From a virus, in IMG/VR virus record IMGVR_UViG_3300045988_062028, positions 1 to 45,655 of that record: a DNA stretch of 45,655 nucleotides; one strand, 5' to 3'. Of the stretch, positions 27,545-34,553 are shown one piece after another. The position numbers and the translations under genes are program-made. Under the pieces are notes generated by a model, which saw only the letters and a program-made list of their open reading frames with translations, did not search any database and was not told where the DNA came from. The stretch's first letter is position 1. Every line of letters begins with the position of its first letter.

Positions 27545-27753
27545 TCTTTTTCCCCTTTCTACTTAAAGTAAATGGTGGCAAGCCCCGGAATTGAACCGGG
27601 CGCGTGGGCAAGGTGCTTCGCGTCAATCTGTGTGAGGAGGGAAGAACAAGAAGAAGCCTTGACGAATAGGGAGGGTGTTGCACCCGCGCGATGCCTTCCA
27701 TGCTTGCCATGAGTGCCGCCGTTTTGCCCCGGCGGCTAGGCTGTCTGTGAAAC

Positions 27754-27964
27754 GTCTTTTATTTGCCGTCTTTCCGGCTGCCAGAAAAAATGGTGTGCGG
27801 TCTTTCCCGCCGTCAGATGTGAAAAACAGTTTTGTCTTTCTGCCGTCTCTCCGGCTGTCAATTTTGTTGATCGTCTTTCCGATCTGCCGATGCTAAAGGA
27901 CACGTTCTTCGTCTTTCCGAAGCACCAGAAATGAAATGTACGGTGCCCGTCTTTCCGAGCAGCC
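27754..27964. repeat. Iteron array: 8 direct copies of GTCTTTCC-like core in a non-coding gap
   Basis: Cores start at 27754, 27768, 27800, 27834, 27845, 27872, 27911 and 27949. All have the same orientation. Longer consensus is CGTCTTTCCG-N4-5-GCC. Confidence 0.8.
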
Positions 27965-28159
27965 AGTATGATCATAATTTGCCCTTGCTCCGCCATCCTC
28001 CCTTCTGTTGGAGCTCTCACCGTTTCAAGCAGTTCCTTTGTGCTTGACTTACCAAAACTTCTTCTGCTCGGCGCGCGGCGGTATCGACCCGCCCCTTCTT
28101 CTTGGCGCTGCTTGCCGCCTTGAAGCTGCTCTCCTGAGCTGCGCACCATGCGCAAGGGT

Positions 28160-28822
28160 TTAGCCCTTGCTTCTGAGCCTGTAAACCTTGGCGATTTTCT
28201 CATCGCAGATTTGCGGGCGTATGTGGTATCTGTTGCAAAACTCTGTTGTGCCTATCGTGTGGATTTCGACGTGATGAGCGCGGCACAGTGGCAAGCATTT
28301 CCGCCCGATGTGCTGCACCTCGTCCCTGTCGTTTCCCATGCCGACCGCGTCCACGTGGTGGAAATCCGCCTTCTGGCCGCAGATGCAGCACTTTTTCCGC
28401 ATCAGGCAAGCGTACACGTATCGGTCGATGTCGTCCGCCAGCTCGATCAGCGGTACATGCGTCGGGATGTCGTTTCTGAGGATGAAATCAATTAAATAGC
28501 TGATATACTCCTTCGCCGTCGTCACGTCGCAGTCTGACAGGCTGAACAGCTCTTTTTCGAGCTGTTGGAGGTGATTGGAAACGAAATCATGCTTCATTAC
28601 GTCCTTGATTTCGTCTTTTTCATAGCCGACCGCCTCCGCGATCTCGCCCATCAGCGCGTAAGCCTTTCGGCGCTGCTCCGGGCTGATTCTTCGCCCGTCC
28701 GGCAAACCAACCTGTACCTCGTTGTATTGGCGCTTGATGATCTTCTCCATATCGCCGTATGGCACGAAGACCACCAAGCCGCCATCAACAACGTCAACGA
28801 TCTTCCCCGGCGCTATTTCCAT
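28160..28822 (-). CDS. HNH-type nuclease (phage HNHc-like, 220 aa)
   Basis: ..CCICGQKADFHHV...CLPLCRAHHVEIH.. HNH/zinc motif; TGATG junction with erf. Confidence 0.5.
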   Translation of the reverse strand: MEIAPGKIVDVVDGGLVVFVPYGDMEKIIKRQYNEVQVGLPDGRRISPEQRRKAYALMGEIAEAVGYEKDEIKDVMKHDFVSNHLQQLEKELFSLSDCDVTTAKEYISYLIDFILRNDIPTHVPLIELADDIDRYVYACLMRKKCCICGQKADFHHVDAVGMGNDRDEVQHIGRKCLPLCRAHHVEIHTIGTTEFCNRYHIRPQICDEKIAKVYRLRSKG

Positions 28823-29421
28823 CAATATTCACCCGATTCGTAGCAGTCATAGCAAAGGCATTTTCCGGTTTTCTTTTGTGTCGTCGCTGCAACGGCCCCA
28901 GCATCAACCCATTTTCCGTTGATCTGCTCCCCGCTTATCGCTTTTCCGCATCGTTCACATTTTGGAGGTTGCTTCTGCTTCGGTGCTGTCTCCTCTGGTG
29001 TATCTTTGTCAGCGTCCGGCGCTGTCTCCTCTGTCGGGATGCTGAAAATCTGGAACATGGCGTACTTATAAGCGATTGCCATTGCCTTGTTTGTGGCCTT
29101 GTCTCCACTATCCATTCCCTCGCCGATCACAACCGCGCTGACGCTGCTGCCGTCTTCCGCATAAAGCGTGTACTCCATGGTGACAATGCTGTAAAGGAGG
29201 TTCGACCCTCTGGAAGTCTGTCGTTCCTCGCGCTCATTTCTCAAAACCTTCGGGACGCAGAAGAGTTTGTGCTTGACCATCAGCGGGTTAAGTGCGTTCA
29301 TCACGTCGTCAACACCGCGATAGCTAAAACCTTGCTGCTGATTTCGCTTATTCTTTGCAATCGCGCCGAGTTCGCTCATAACGGAATTGATCGTGCTAAA
29401 TATCTTTGGTGTTTCTGCCAT
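28822..29421 (-). CDS. erf: ERF-family single-strand annealing protein with a C-terminal zinc ribbon (199 aa)
   Basis: ..QQGFSYRGVDDVMNALNPLM.. and ..GEGMDSGDKATNKAMAIAYKYA.. ERF signatures; C-terminal CERCG...CYDC. Confidence 0.7.
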   Translation of the reverse strand: MAETPKIFSTINSVMSELGAIAKNKRNQQQGFSYRGVDDVMNALNPLMVKHKLFCVPKVLRNEREERQTSRGSNLLYSIVTMEYTLYAEDGSSVSAVVIGEGMDSGDKATNKAMAIAYKYAMFQIFSIPTEETAPDADKDTPEETAPKQKQPPKCERCGKAISGEQINGKWVDAGAVAATTQKKTGKCLCYDCYESGEY

Positions 29422-29426
29422 CTTCA

Positions 29427-29555
29427 TCACTCCCTATCCATCATGTCCCAACAGGGGTTATCATCATCGTCTTGCTCGGTGTTCCAATTCGGCGCCTTGC
29501 CTGTTGTAAGACGAGGAGACCACTCCTCGTCTGTATAAGCCATGTACAGCGCCAT
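29427..29555 (-). CDS. Possible small acidic protein (42 aa)
   Basis: ORF MALYMAYTDEEWSPRLTTGKAPNWNTEQDDDDNPCWDMMDRE fills the gp157-erf gap. No clear SD, but it could be coupled to the gp157 stop. Confidence 0.3.
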   Translation of the reverse strand: MALYMAYTDEEWSPRLTTGKAPNWNTEQDDDDNPCWDMMDRE

Positions 29556-29559
29556 TTGC

Positions 29560-30057
29560 TCATTTGACATAGATGCTCACCGTCTGTCTCAGCTCTGCGC
29601 CCTCGACAGCCTTTCCAGCCTTCAAGGCTTCTTTGATCTTGGTCTTATCCGGCTCGTACTTGGCCGGAATCTCGCGCATGTACTCGCTGGTCAGCTTGCT
29701 TGCATCGGTGATTTCTGCCGCAGGCGGATTTTTTTTAAAGAAGATATTTACCTTGGCCGTCTCAAACTTTTCGCCGCCAAGCGACTGGCTCAGATACGCC
29801 TTCAGCTTTTCAAGCTGCCCTTCATACACCTTCCGGCGCTCGGAAATGGATTTCTCCTCGTTCTTCATCGCGTCGATCAAGGCTGTCTGCCTCTTGATGT
29901 AAAGCCCGGTGTTCTCGATCTTCTCCTCACGCGCCATTTGCAGCGCATCCAGCGCTTCCGCGCCGATGATCTCGCCCGTTTCCGTGTCCACCAGCTCAAA
30001 ACCGTTAAGGATGCTCTCAATACTCGCGTCGATCTGGTACAAGCTCAATCCGCTCAT
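29560..30057 (-). CDS. Siphovirus Gp157 / Gam-like protein (165 aa)
   Basis: MSGLSLYQIDASIESIL... coiled-coil pattern typical of Gp157; upstream of erf. Confidence 0.6.
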   Translation of the reverse strand: MSGLSLYQIDASIESILNGFELVDTETGEIIGAEALDALQMAREEKIENTGLYIKRQTALIDAMKNEEKSISERRKVYEGQLEKLKAYLSQSLGGEKFETAKVNIFFKKNPPAAEITDASKLTSEYMREIPAKYEPDKTKIKEALKAGKAVEGAELRQTVSIYVK

Positions 30058-30202
30058 TCGGGTTTACCTCTCTTTCCTGTTCTTCGATGATCTGCGTCCG
30101 GCGAAAAGCGTCTACCTTGCGTGCTTGCATCGCTGCCCATGCGTCATAACCCATTTGCTCGGCGGCCTCCTGCCGCTCAAGCTCCAACAGCTCACTTCGC
30201 AT
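30017..30202 (-). CDS. Small coiled-coil protein (61 aa)
   Basis: MRSELLELERQEAAEQMGYDAWAAMQ...; overlaps both neighbours. Confidence 0.4.
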   Translation of the reverse strand: MRSELLELERQEAAEQMGYDAWAAMQARKVDAFRRTQIIEEQEREVNPNERIELVPDRREY

Positions 30203-30338
30203 CTTCAAGCTCCTTGATTCGCTGGTTCAGGTTCTTGATATATTCCTCAATCATAATGAGGGGAAGCGCCAAATACCCGAATTTGTGCAGCAGATTCTCC
30301 GTCTCTTTCAGCGCCTCCAATGCCGTTTTCTCATCCAT
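30192..30338 (-). CDS. Small protein (48 aa)
   Basis: SD AAGGAGGG lies 8 nt before the ATG; MDEKTALEALKETENLLHKFGYLALPLIMIEEYIKNLNQRIKELEDAK. Confidence 0.5.
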   Translation of the reverse strand: MDEKTALEALKETENLLHKFGYLALPLIMIEEYIKNLNQRIKELEDAK

Positions 30339-30489
30339 TCTTCTTTCCCTCCTTGTCCATTTCCGCGAGGATGTACCACACCAGCAGCAGCACCGCTCCA
30401 GCAAACGCCACCGCCAGCGCATACGCAAGCACCATGCCCAGCCCTTCAAGCAGCCGGGCGAAAAATCCGATAAATTGCGCTTTAAGCAT
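30331..30489 (-). CDS. 52-aa single-pass hydrophobic peptide (candidate type I toxin-like or membrane modulator)
   Basis: Absent from the ORF track (under 60 aa). SD AAAGGA; MLKAQFIGFFARLLEGLGMVLAYALAVAFAGAVLLLVWYILAEMDKEGKKNG. Confidence 0.5.
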   Translation of the reverse strand: MLKAQFIGFFARLLEGLGMVLAYALAVAFAGAVLLLVWYILAEMDKEGKKNG

Positions 30490-30517
30490 TGATATTTCAT
30501 CCTTTCCATGCTATAAT
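30489..30517 (+). promoter_or_regulatory. Sigma-70-type promoter on the plus strand
   Basis: TTGATA (30489-30494), 17-bp spacer, TATAAT (30512-30517). The -35 box overlaps the ATG of the 52-aa ORF on the other strand. Confidence 0.55.
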
Positions 30518-30523
30518 AGCCAT

Positions 30524-30579
30524 GGTTTAAATTTTCCATTGGCTTCCGCTCGTGTTGCTGCACGGGCGGTTCTTTTTTA
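30524..30579 (+). ncRNA. Candidate ~55-nt antisense RNA ending in an intrinsic terminator
   Basis: Hairpin CCGCTCGTG-TTGCTG-CACGGGCGG (30546-30569) followed by TTCTTTTTTA. The stem and U tract work only in the plus orientation. Confidence 0.45.
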
Positions 30580-31200
30580 TTCCACGATTTCCCACGCGAA
30601 CCGCCCATTCTGTCCGTTCCGCCACTGTCCCAAGCCCTTAATCACGCCATAGTTCAGCGCTTCTTCAATGACATTCCACGTCAGGGCAACGCTCTTTGCG
30701 GTCTTCTCGTTGTCAACCAGCGTCAGCGTGAACTCCAGCTCCCAATCCGGACGGATGATCTCGCTTGCCGATACACTGACGCGCGGACCTTGCATCGTCA
30801 TTGCCCGCAGCGGCCTTTCAAAGATTTCGTCCGCCTCCGTTACCGGCTTGCCGCCGCGCGTGAAGTGGATGTAATCCGGCTCAACCAGAATCAGGTTGTC
30901 CACCTTCGAGGTTGGACTGCCGATCTTTATTTGGCTCTTGAGTACGCCCAGCGCCTCTTTGAGGAAGCCCTTAATGACGTAATCCGCCAGACACAGCACG
31001 CCGTCGTCCCGCAGGAAGACCGTCAAGCCCTTGGTTTCAAGATTTTCCTCCGGCAGCATTGCCGTCTGTTCTTCGCCCTTCGCCTGTTTCGCGGCTTTTG
31101 CGGCGATGAACTCGCTGTGAACCTTCGGGTTCGCCGCTTGTGCGCCGAGAATGCGCGTCATGCCGTGCAGACGATATGTCCGTCTATCGAGTTGAATCAT
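30577..31200 (-). CDS. Early hypothetical protein (207 aa)
   Basis: SD AAGGAGAG lies 7 nt before the ATG (MIQLDRRTYRLHG...). The N-terminal extension in the track ORF was rejected. Confidence 0.6.
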   Translation of the reverse strand: MIQLDRRTYRLHGMTRILGAQAANPKVHSEFIAAKAAKQAKGEEQTAMLPEENLETKGLTVFLRDDGVLCLADYVIKGFLKEALGVLKSQIKIGSPTSKVDNLILVEPDYIHFTRGGKPVTEADEIFERPLRAMTMQGPRVSVSASEIIRPDWELEFTLTLVDNEKTAKSVALTWNVIEEALNYGVIKGLGQWRNGQNGRFAWEIVE

Positions 31201-31395
31201 TTGATACTCTCCTTTTCGTTTTTTAATATTCAGTTTTCGATTGCTTTGCCCGCGCGGGGCGTAACGAAACATTGCTACACCGTTGCATTGGACTGCCATG
31301 CTACGCCATAGCTTAACTGAGCATTGGAGCGCATTGCCGCTGCCAAACACTACCCAGCCCTGCCGTGCTTCACCTTTGCGCTGGTTTTCATTGCT

Positions 31396-31447
31396 TTGCC
31401 GCAGCTTCGCTCAACTGTGCCTTGCCGCAGCCTTGCTCGACTTTGCA
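31396..31447. repeat. 26-bp imperfect tandem repeat (2 copies) within the 324-bp non-coding early region
   Basis: ttgccgcagcttcgctcaactgtgcc / ttgccgcagccttgctcgactttgca, 21 of 26 identical. Confidence 0.7.
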
Positions 31448-31524
31448 GTACTCAGCGTTGCCTTTGCTGTGCTGGACAGGGCATAGCTCCACCGTCGCGA
31501 GGAATAGCATGACCATGCCTGTGC

Positions 31525-31794
31525 TTACCTTGCGATTCTCAGGCGCGGCAGTTCCACGCCGTTAAACCCTGCTTGATACTCAAGCCCTTCGGCTTGCATC
31601 AGCTCGTAGAGCCTGCGTTCTTCCAGCTTGGTCAGCGTTTCCGGGTGGTTGATCCGGTTGTACAACGTCTTTGTGGAGACGCCGAGGTTCAGCGCCAGCT
31701 CGGCCTTGCTCATGCCGGACACGCCGCAGAGCTGACCAACCTGCCGCCGGAAGAGATCGTCTTCCGCGTCCCAATTCCGCTGGCGCTTTTTCAT
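31525..31794 (-). CDS. HTH DNA-binding protein (89 aa)
   Basis: ..MSKAELALNLGVSTKTLYNRI.. HTH; SD AAGGAGG lies 7 nt before the ATG. Confidence 0.6.
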   Translation of the reverse strand: MKKRQRNWDAEDDLFRRQVGQLCGVSGMSKAELALNLGVSTKTLYNRINHPETLTKLEERRLYELMQAEGLEYQAGFNGVELPRLRIAR

Positions 31795-31796
31795 GG

Positions 31797-31994
31797 TCAA
31801 ACCTCCTTGTCAGAGTATAATGTTTCCCATCTAAACCCTAGTTTCTTGCCAATTACTTTTGCGTGCTTGATCTTCAAGCCAACATCGCCAGAAATAATTC
31901 GGCTGACGGCGGATTCGGTTAGTCCCAGCATTTGCGCCAAATCCTTTTGAGACAAGCTGTACTTGTCAAGGACTTGCTTCAAACTCAAGCTCAT
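31797..31994 (-). CDS. Cro-like HTH regulator (65 aa; the true start may be TTG at 31988)
   Basis: ..SQKDLAQMLGLTESAVSRIISG.. HTH; divergent from the repressor across the operator region. Confidence 0.65.
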   Translation of the reverse strand: MSLSLKQVLDKYSLSQKDLAQMLGLTESAVSRIISGDVGLKIKHAKVIGKKLGFRWETLYSDKEV

Positions 31995-32019
31995 GCCTCC
32001 TTTTCTTTAACTTTGCTCA

Positions 32020-32048
32020 AGTATAGCACATTCTTGAGTTTCTTTCAA
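32020..32048 (-). promoter_or_regulatory. Early (cro-side) promoter
   Basis: Minus-strand TTGAAA (32048-32043), 17-bp spacer, TATACT (32025-32020); overlaps operator O1. Confidence 0.55.
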
Positions 32049-32107
32049 GTGTTTTGTCAAAATTTCTTGAGTTTTTTTCAAGTCTGTTTACTTGAGAAAT
32101 TTTCAAG
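32033..32107. promoter_or_regulatory. Three 17-bp palindromic operators, CTTGA-N7-TCAAG
   Basis: O1 32033-32049, O2 32066-32082, O3 32091-32107; a plus-strand TATAAT lies at 32110-32115. Confidence 0.7.
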
Positions 32108-32138
32108 CGTATAATATAGAAAAAAGGAGTTGACGCAG

Positions 32139-32453
32139 TTGGAAAACAACATAAGAAAACTTCGGAAATCGCGTGATCTGACCATGAAGCAGTTCGGTGA
32201 AATGATGGGCGTTTCAGAATCCGCGATCAGTCTTTACGAAAATAACAAGGCGCAACCCGATATCAACATGATGTATAAAATGGCCGACTACTTTGACGTT
32301 TCCATTGATTTTTTGCTTGGCCGGAAGACGGACGAATCGAAGGAAAAGAAAACGGACGATAAACTCGTAGCCGACATTTTAAGTCTGACAGAAGAAGAAA
32401 AAACGCTTGTCGAGGGGTATGTGAGCGGGATAAAGGCAAGAAGAAAAAAATAA
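32139..32453 (+). CDS. CI-like repressor (XRE-family HTH, ~104 aa; alternative TTG start at 32130)
   Basis: ..MKQFGEMMGVSESAISLYENNKAQP.. HTH_3 signature; SD AAGGAG at 32124-32129. Confidence 0.8.
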   Translation: MENNIRKLRKSRDLTMKQFGEMMGVSESAISLYENNKAQPDINMMYKMADYFDVSIDFLLGRKTDESKEKKTDDKLVADILSLTEEEKTLVEGYVSGIKARRKK

Positions 32454-32484
32454 GCTCGCCTTTCGGCGAGCCGTCCCCCTTTTT
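32454..32484 (+). terminator. Rho-independent terminator after the repressor gene
   Basis: GCTCGCC-TTTC-GGCGAGC (32454-32471), then a T run at 32480-32484. Confidence 0.55.
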
Positions 32485-32587
32485 AATCGGGCTTTTTGTG
32501 GAACGTTGATCGTATCCATTCGAGAAGTTCCTTTTTCTCTTCCTCGGTCAAGTCTGCAATCATCTCACGGATTTCTTTTTCAGTCAT
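32483..32587 (-). CDS. Possible 34-aa protein convergent with the repressor
   Basis: SD GAGGTG lies 7 nt before the ATG; MTEKEIREMIADLTEEEKKELLEWIRSTFHKKPD; absent from the track (too short). Confidence 0.35.
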   Translation of the reverse strand: MTEKEIREMIADLTEEEKKELLEWIRSTFHKKPD

Positions 32588-32792
32588 TTTGATTCACCTC
32601 GTAGATTTTAGTCGCTCACTGAGCGCCACTTGGTGGTTCAACTCGGCTTGTTGCTTACCCTCTCCGGCGGCGGCATTTCAAGCGGCCTGCGCGGCTGAGA
32701 TAAAACTATAATAATTATCATCAGCGTTCCCTCCATTGCTTACATTATATTCCCGCCGGAAAGCGAAAAGAATATGAAAAGAGGTTAAGAAG

Positions 32793-33380
32793 ATGAAAAG
32801 AATCGTTGCTCTGTTGGCTCTGATGTTTGCTCTTCTTCCCGTGCACGTAACGGCTGAGAACGAGATCGACCCGAAGGATTGCATCCCGTTCTCGGCTGAC
32901 TGTAAAAAAGCGGATGTCGCCGCCACCGCTCTCTATGCTGTCGATGTTCCTGATCCTCAAAGTTACGATTGGAGTTCAAGCGCGGAAGCCTTGCACGTCA
33001 CGGAGGACGGCGTGTTCTCCCTGTTTCTGGGGAAAGGCACGTTGACGGGCGTACCGAAGGACGGCAAAGGGGAAACGATCAAGATATCATTGTCTGCGCC
33101 CGATACCTATTTCAGCTCTAAGGATATCGTCATAGATTCGCCCAATGGTGAAGATTTGTATATGCTCCTCGACGCAAATAGTGGCTCACATTTTTGCATC
33201 GTCAGCACACAGGGGGATCAGTGTTTTACTTATGACAGCATAAACGAGCGCAAGTATGGAATATGCGAAGCCTATCACATCACGCCCGTCAGTGAGGGGA
33301 AAGGCGCTATCGTATATACCATTGATAACAGCAAACAATATAAAATCAACATAACGGTCAAGGAATCTGCGATTGAATAA
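32793..33380 (+). CDS. Secreted moron protein (195 aa)
   Basis: Signal peptide MKRIVALLALMFALLPVHVTA|ENE; plus-strand lysogeny block. Confidence 0.65.
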   Translation: MKRIVALLALMFALLPVHVTAENEIDPKDCIPFSADCKKADVAATALYAVDVPDPQSYDWSSSAEALHVTEDGVFSLFLGKGTLTGVPKDGKGETIKISLSAPDTYFSSKDIVIDSPNGEDLYMLLDANSGSHFCIVSTQGDQCFTYDSINERKYGICEAYHITPVSEGKGAIVYTIDNSKQYKINITVKESAIE

Positions 33381-33410
33381 GCAAACGTAAGGACGAAAGA
33401 AGGGCTAAAA

Positions 33411-34163
33411 TTGGTTAAGAAAGAAAAAAAGAAAGCAGGCTGTTTATCCCGTATTTTCAAAGCGTTTTCCTATTTTTGCGTTGCAATCGTCATTTTGGCG
33501 TTCATTGGTACAGTAAACAAGCGCAGCAGCGAAGACACAGCAGCGCGGGATGAACCGAATGCGCAAGTTGAGCAGACGACCAGCGAAGAGAAAACCCCAG
33601 CGCCAACGAAAACGCCAAAGCCGACAAAAACGCCGAAGCCGACAAACACTCCAAAGCCAACAAATACGCCGAAGCCGACGGCAACGCCTGAGCCTGATAC
33701 CTTGCAAGGCTGGGCTGAATCCATCGCGGAGCGTGTATTCTTCCCCATTGACAGCGGCATTTCGTCGCTGATATCCGTGACGTGCGAACAGGTTGACGGA
33801 GAAACCGCGCCGATGGTTACGGTGAACGTCGAATTTCCAGACGGAACGAAGAATGATTCCCGCGTAAGCGCGTTTCTTTCCAGAGCGGCAAAAATGAACC
33901 GATATATGTCGGAAGCGGCGAAGGAAGGAAAGATCGAATACGGTTCTCTGCTTGTCATCGGATGGACGACATATATAGATAAGTACGGAAACGAGAGCGA
34001 CGGTCACGCTGTCGATATTCGCGTCAAGGCCAGCGAGGCCGCAAAGGTGAACTGGGAGAATTTTTCTTCCGATATGCTTCCGGGGATCGCCGTTTCCTTC
34101 GGCATCAATCCGATCATCCGCGACGGTCTGTCGCTAGAATACTACTCAAAAATCCGCTACTAA
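33411..34163 (+). CDS. Membrane-anchored moron protein with a Pro/Thr/Lys linker (250 aa)
   Basis: Basic N-terminus, then a TM helix (FSYFCVAIVILAFIGTV), then (T-K/N-T-P-K-P)x5; TTG start. Confidence 0.6.
   Translation: MVKKEKKKAGCLSRIFKAFSYFCVAIVILAFIGTVNKRSSEDTAARDEPNAQVEQTTSEEKTPAPTKTPKPTKTPKPTNTPKPTNTPKPTATPEPDTLQGWAESIAERVFFPIDSGISSLISVTCEQVDGETAPMVTVNVEFPDGTKNDSRVSAFLSRAAKMNRYMSEAAKEGKIEYGSLLVIGWTTYIDKYGNESDGHAVDIRVKASEAAKVNWENFSSDMLPGIAVSFGINPIIRDGLSLEYYSKIRY
33606..33695 (+). repeat. 18-nt tandem repeat x5 encoding TKTPKP-type linker units
   Basis: acg aaa acg cca aag ccg and variants, read in frame. Confidence 0.75.
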
Positions 34164-34265
34164 TCGCTTGAAATAAAAACAAGCGATGTTTTGCCGACGT
34201 CGACAAAACATCAGGTCGCGCTGAGCGACAAAAAAGGCGCGTCCTGATGGGCGCGTCTTTTCGTT

Positions 34266-34553
34266 TTAGCCTTTCGTGGGGCAATATGGTACCGGTGGGT
34301 GCGTGAATGCGATGCCGTAATCCTCAAGAGACAACGAATTGCCAAAACAATTCTCTGCCTTAAAGCATTCGATCGCTCTGTTAAAAGCCATCTTCTTTTG
34401 CTCGTGCGTAAGTTCTTCCGGGAGTCCCTTCAAGCAAGCTCGCAGATTCTCCACGATTGCAAGCACGATTGTGTTTTCATCCGCGTGCATTTCGTTCTCC
34501 TCAAGCATGACCTCCGGGAGACGCAACGCAAACATACGATTCACATCTTTCAT
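34266..34553 (-). CDS. Hypothetical protein (95 aa), divergent from int
   Basis: ORF with coding-like composition; no recognisable motif. Confidence 0.45.
   Translation of the reverse strand: MKDVNRMFALRLPEVMLEENEMHADENTIVLAIVENLRACLKGLPEELTHEQKKMAFNRAIECFKAENCFGNSLSLEDYGIAFTHPPVPYCPTKG

Noticed and set aside
27572-27707. A complete canonical tRNA or tmRNA gene, including a possible amber-suppressor tRNA
   Set aside because: Only the T arm, acceptor and CCA are tRNA-like. I could not build a D arm or a 5-bp/7-nt anticodon stem-loop. The only CUA triplet is not in a U-preceded 7-nt loop. At 136 nt the element is too long for a tRNA and too short for a tmRNA. It is kept as a finding, not as a tRNA feature.
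27754-27964. A CRISPR array, given the direct repeats with spacers
   Set aside because: The repeat core is only ~8-19 bp, spacing is irregular (11-39 bp), the copies are degenerate, and no cas genes are present. The array sits beside the replication genes, so it behaves like iterons.
27736-28203. A 155-aa minus-strand ORF spanning the ori gap
   Set aside because: It has no SD and a junk-like Arg/Gly/Ser composition. Its apparent periodicity is simply the iterons being translated (GKT/ERR/GKD). I treat the region as non-coding.
30192-30608. The 138-aa ORF covering 30192..30608
   Set aside because: Only the last 48 codons have an SD and protein-like sequence. The upstream part is Trp/Arg/Cys-rich and overlaps the better-supported 52-aa peptide ORF in another frame.
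31201-31524. Small ORFs in the early non-coding segment (43, 19 and 13 codons) and the 50-codon N-terminal extension of the 207-aa gene
   Set aside because: None has an SD at a proper distance. The 207-aa gene has a strong AAGGAGAG-N7-ATG at 31200.
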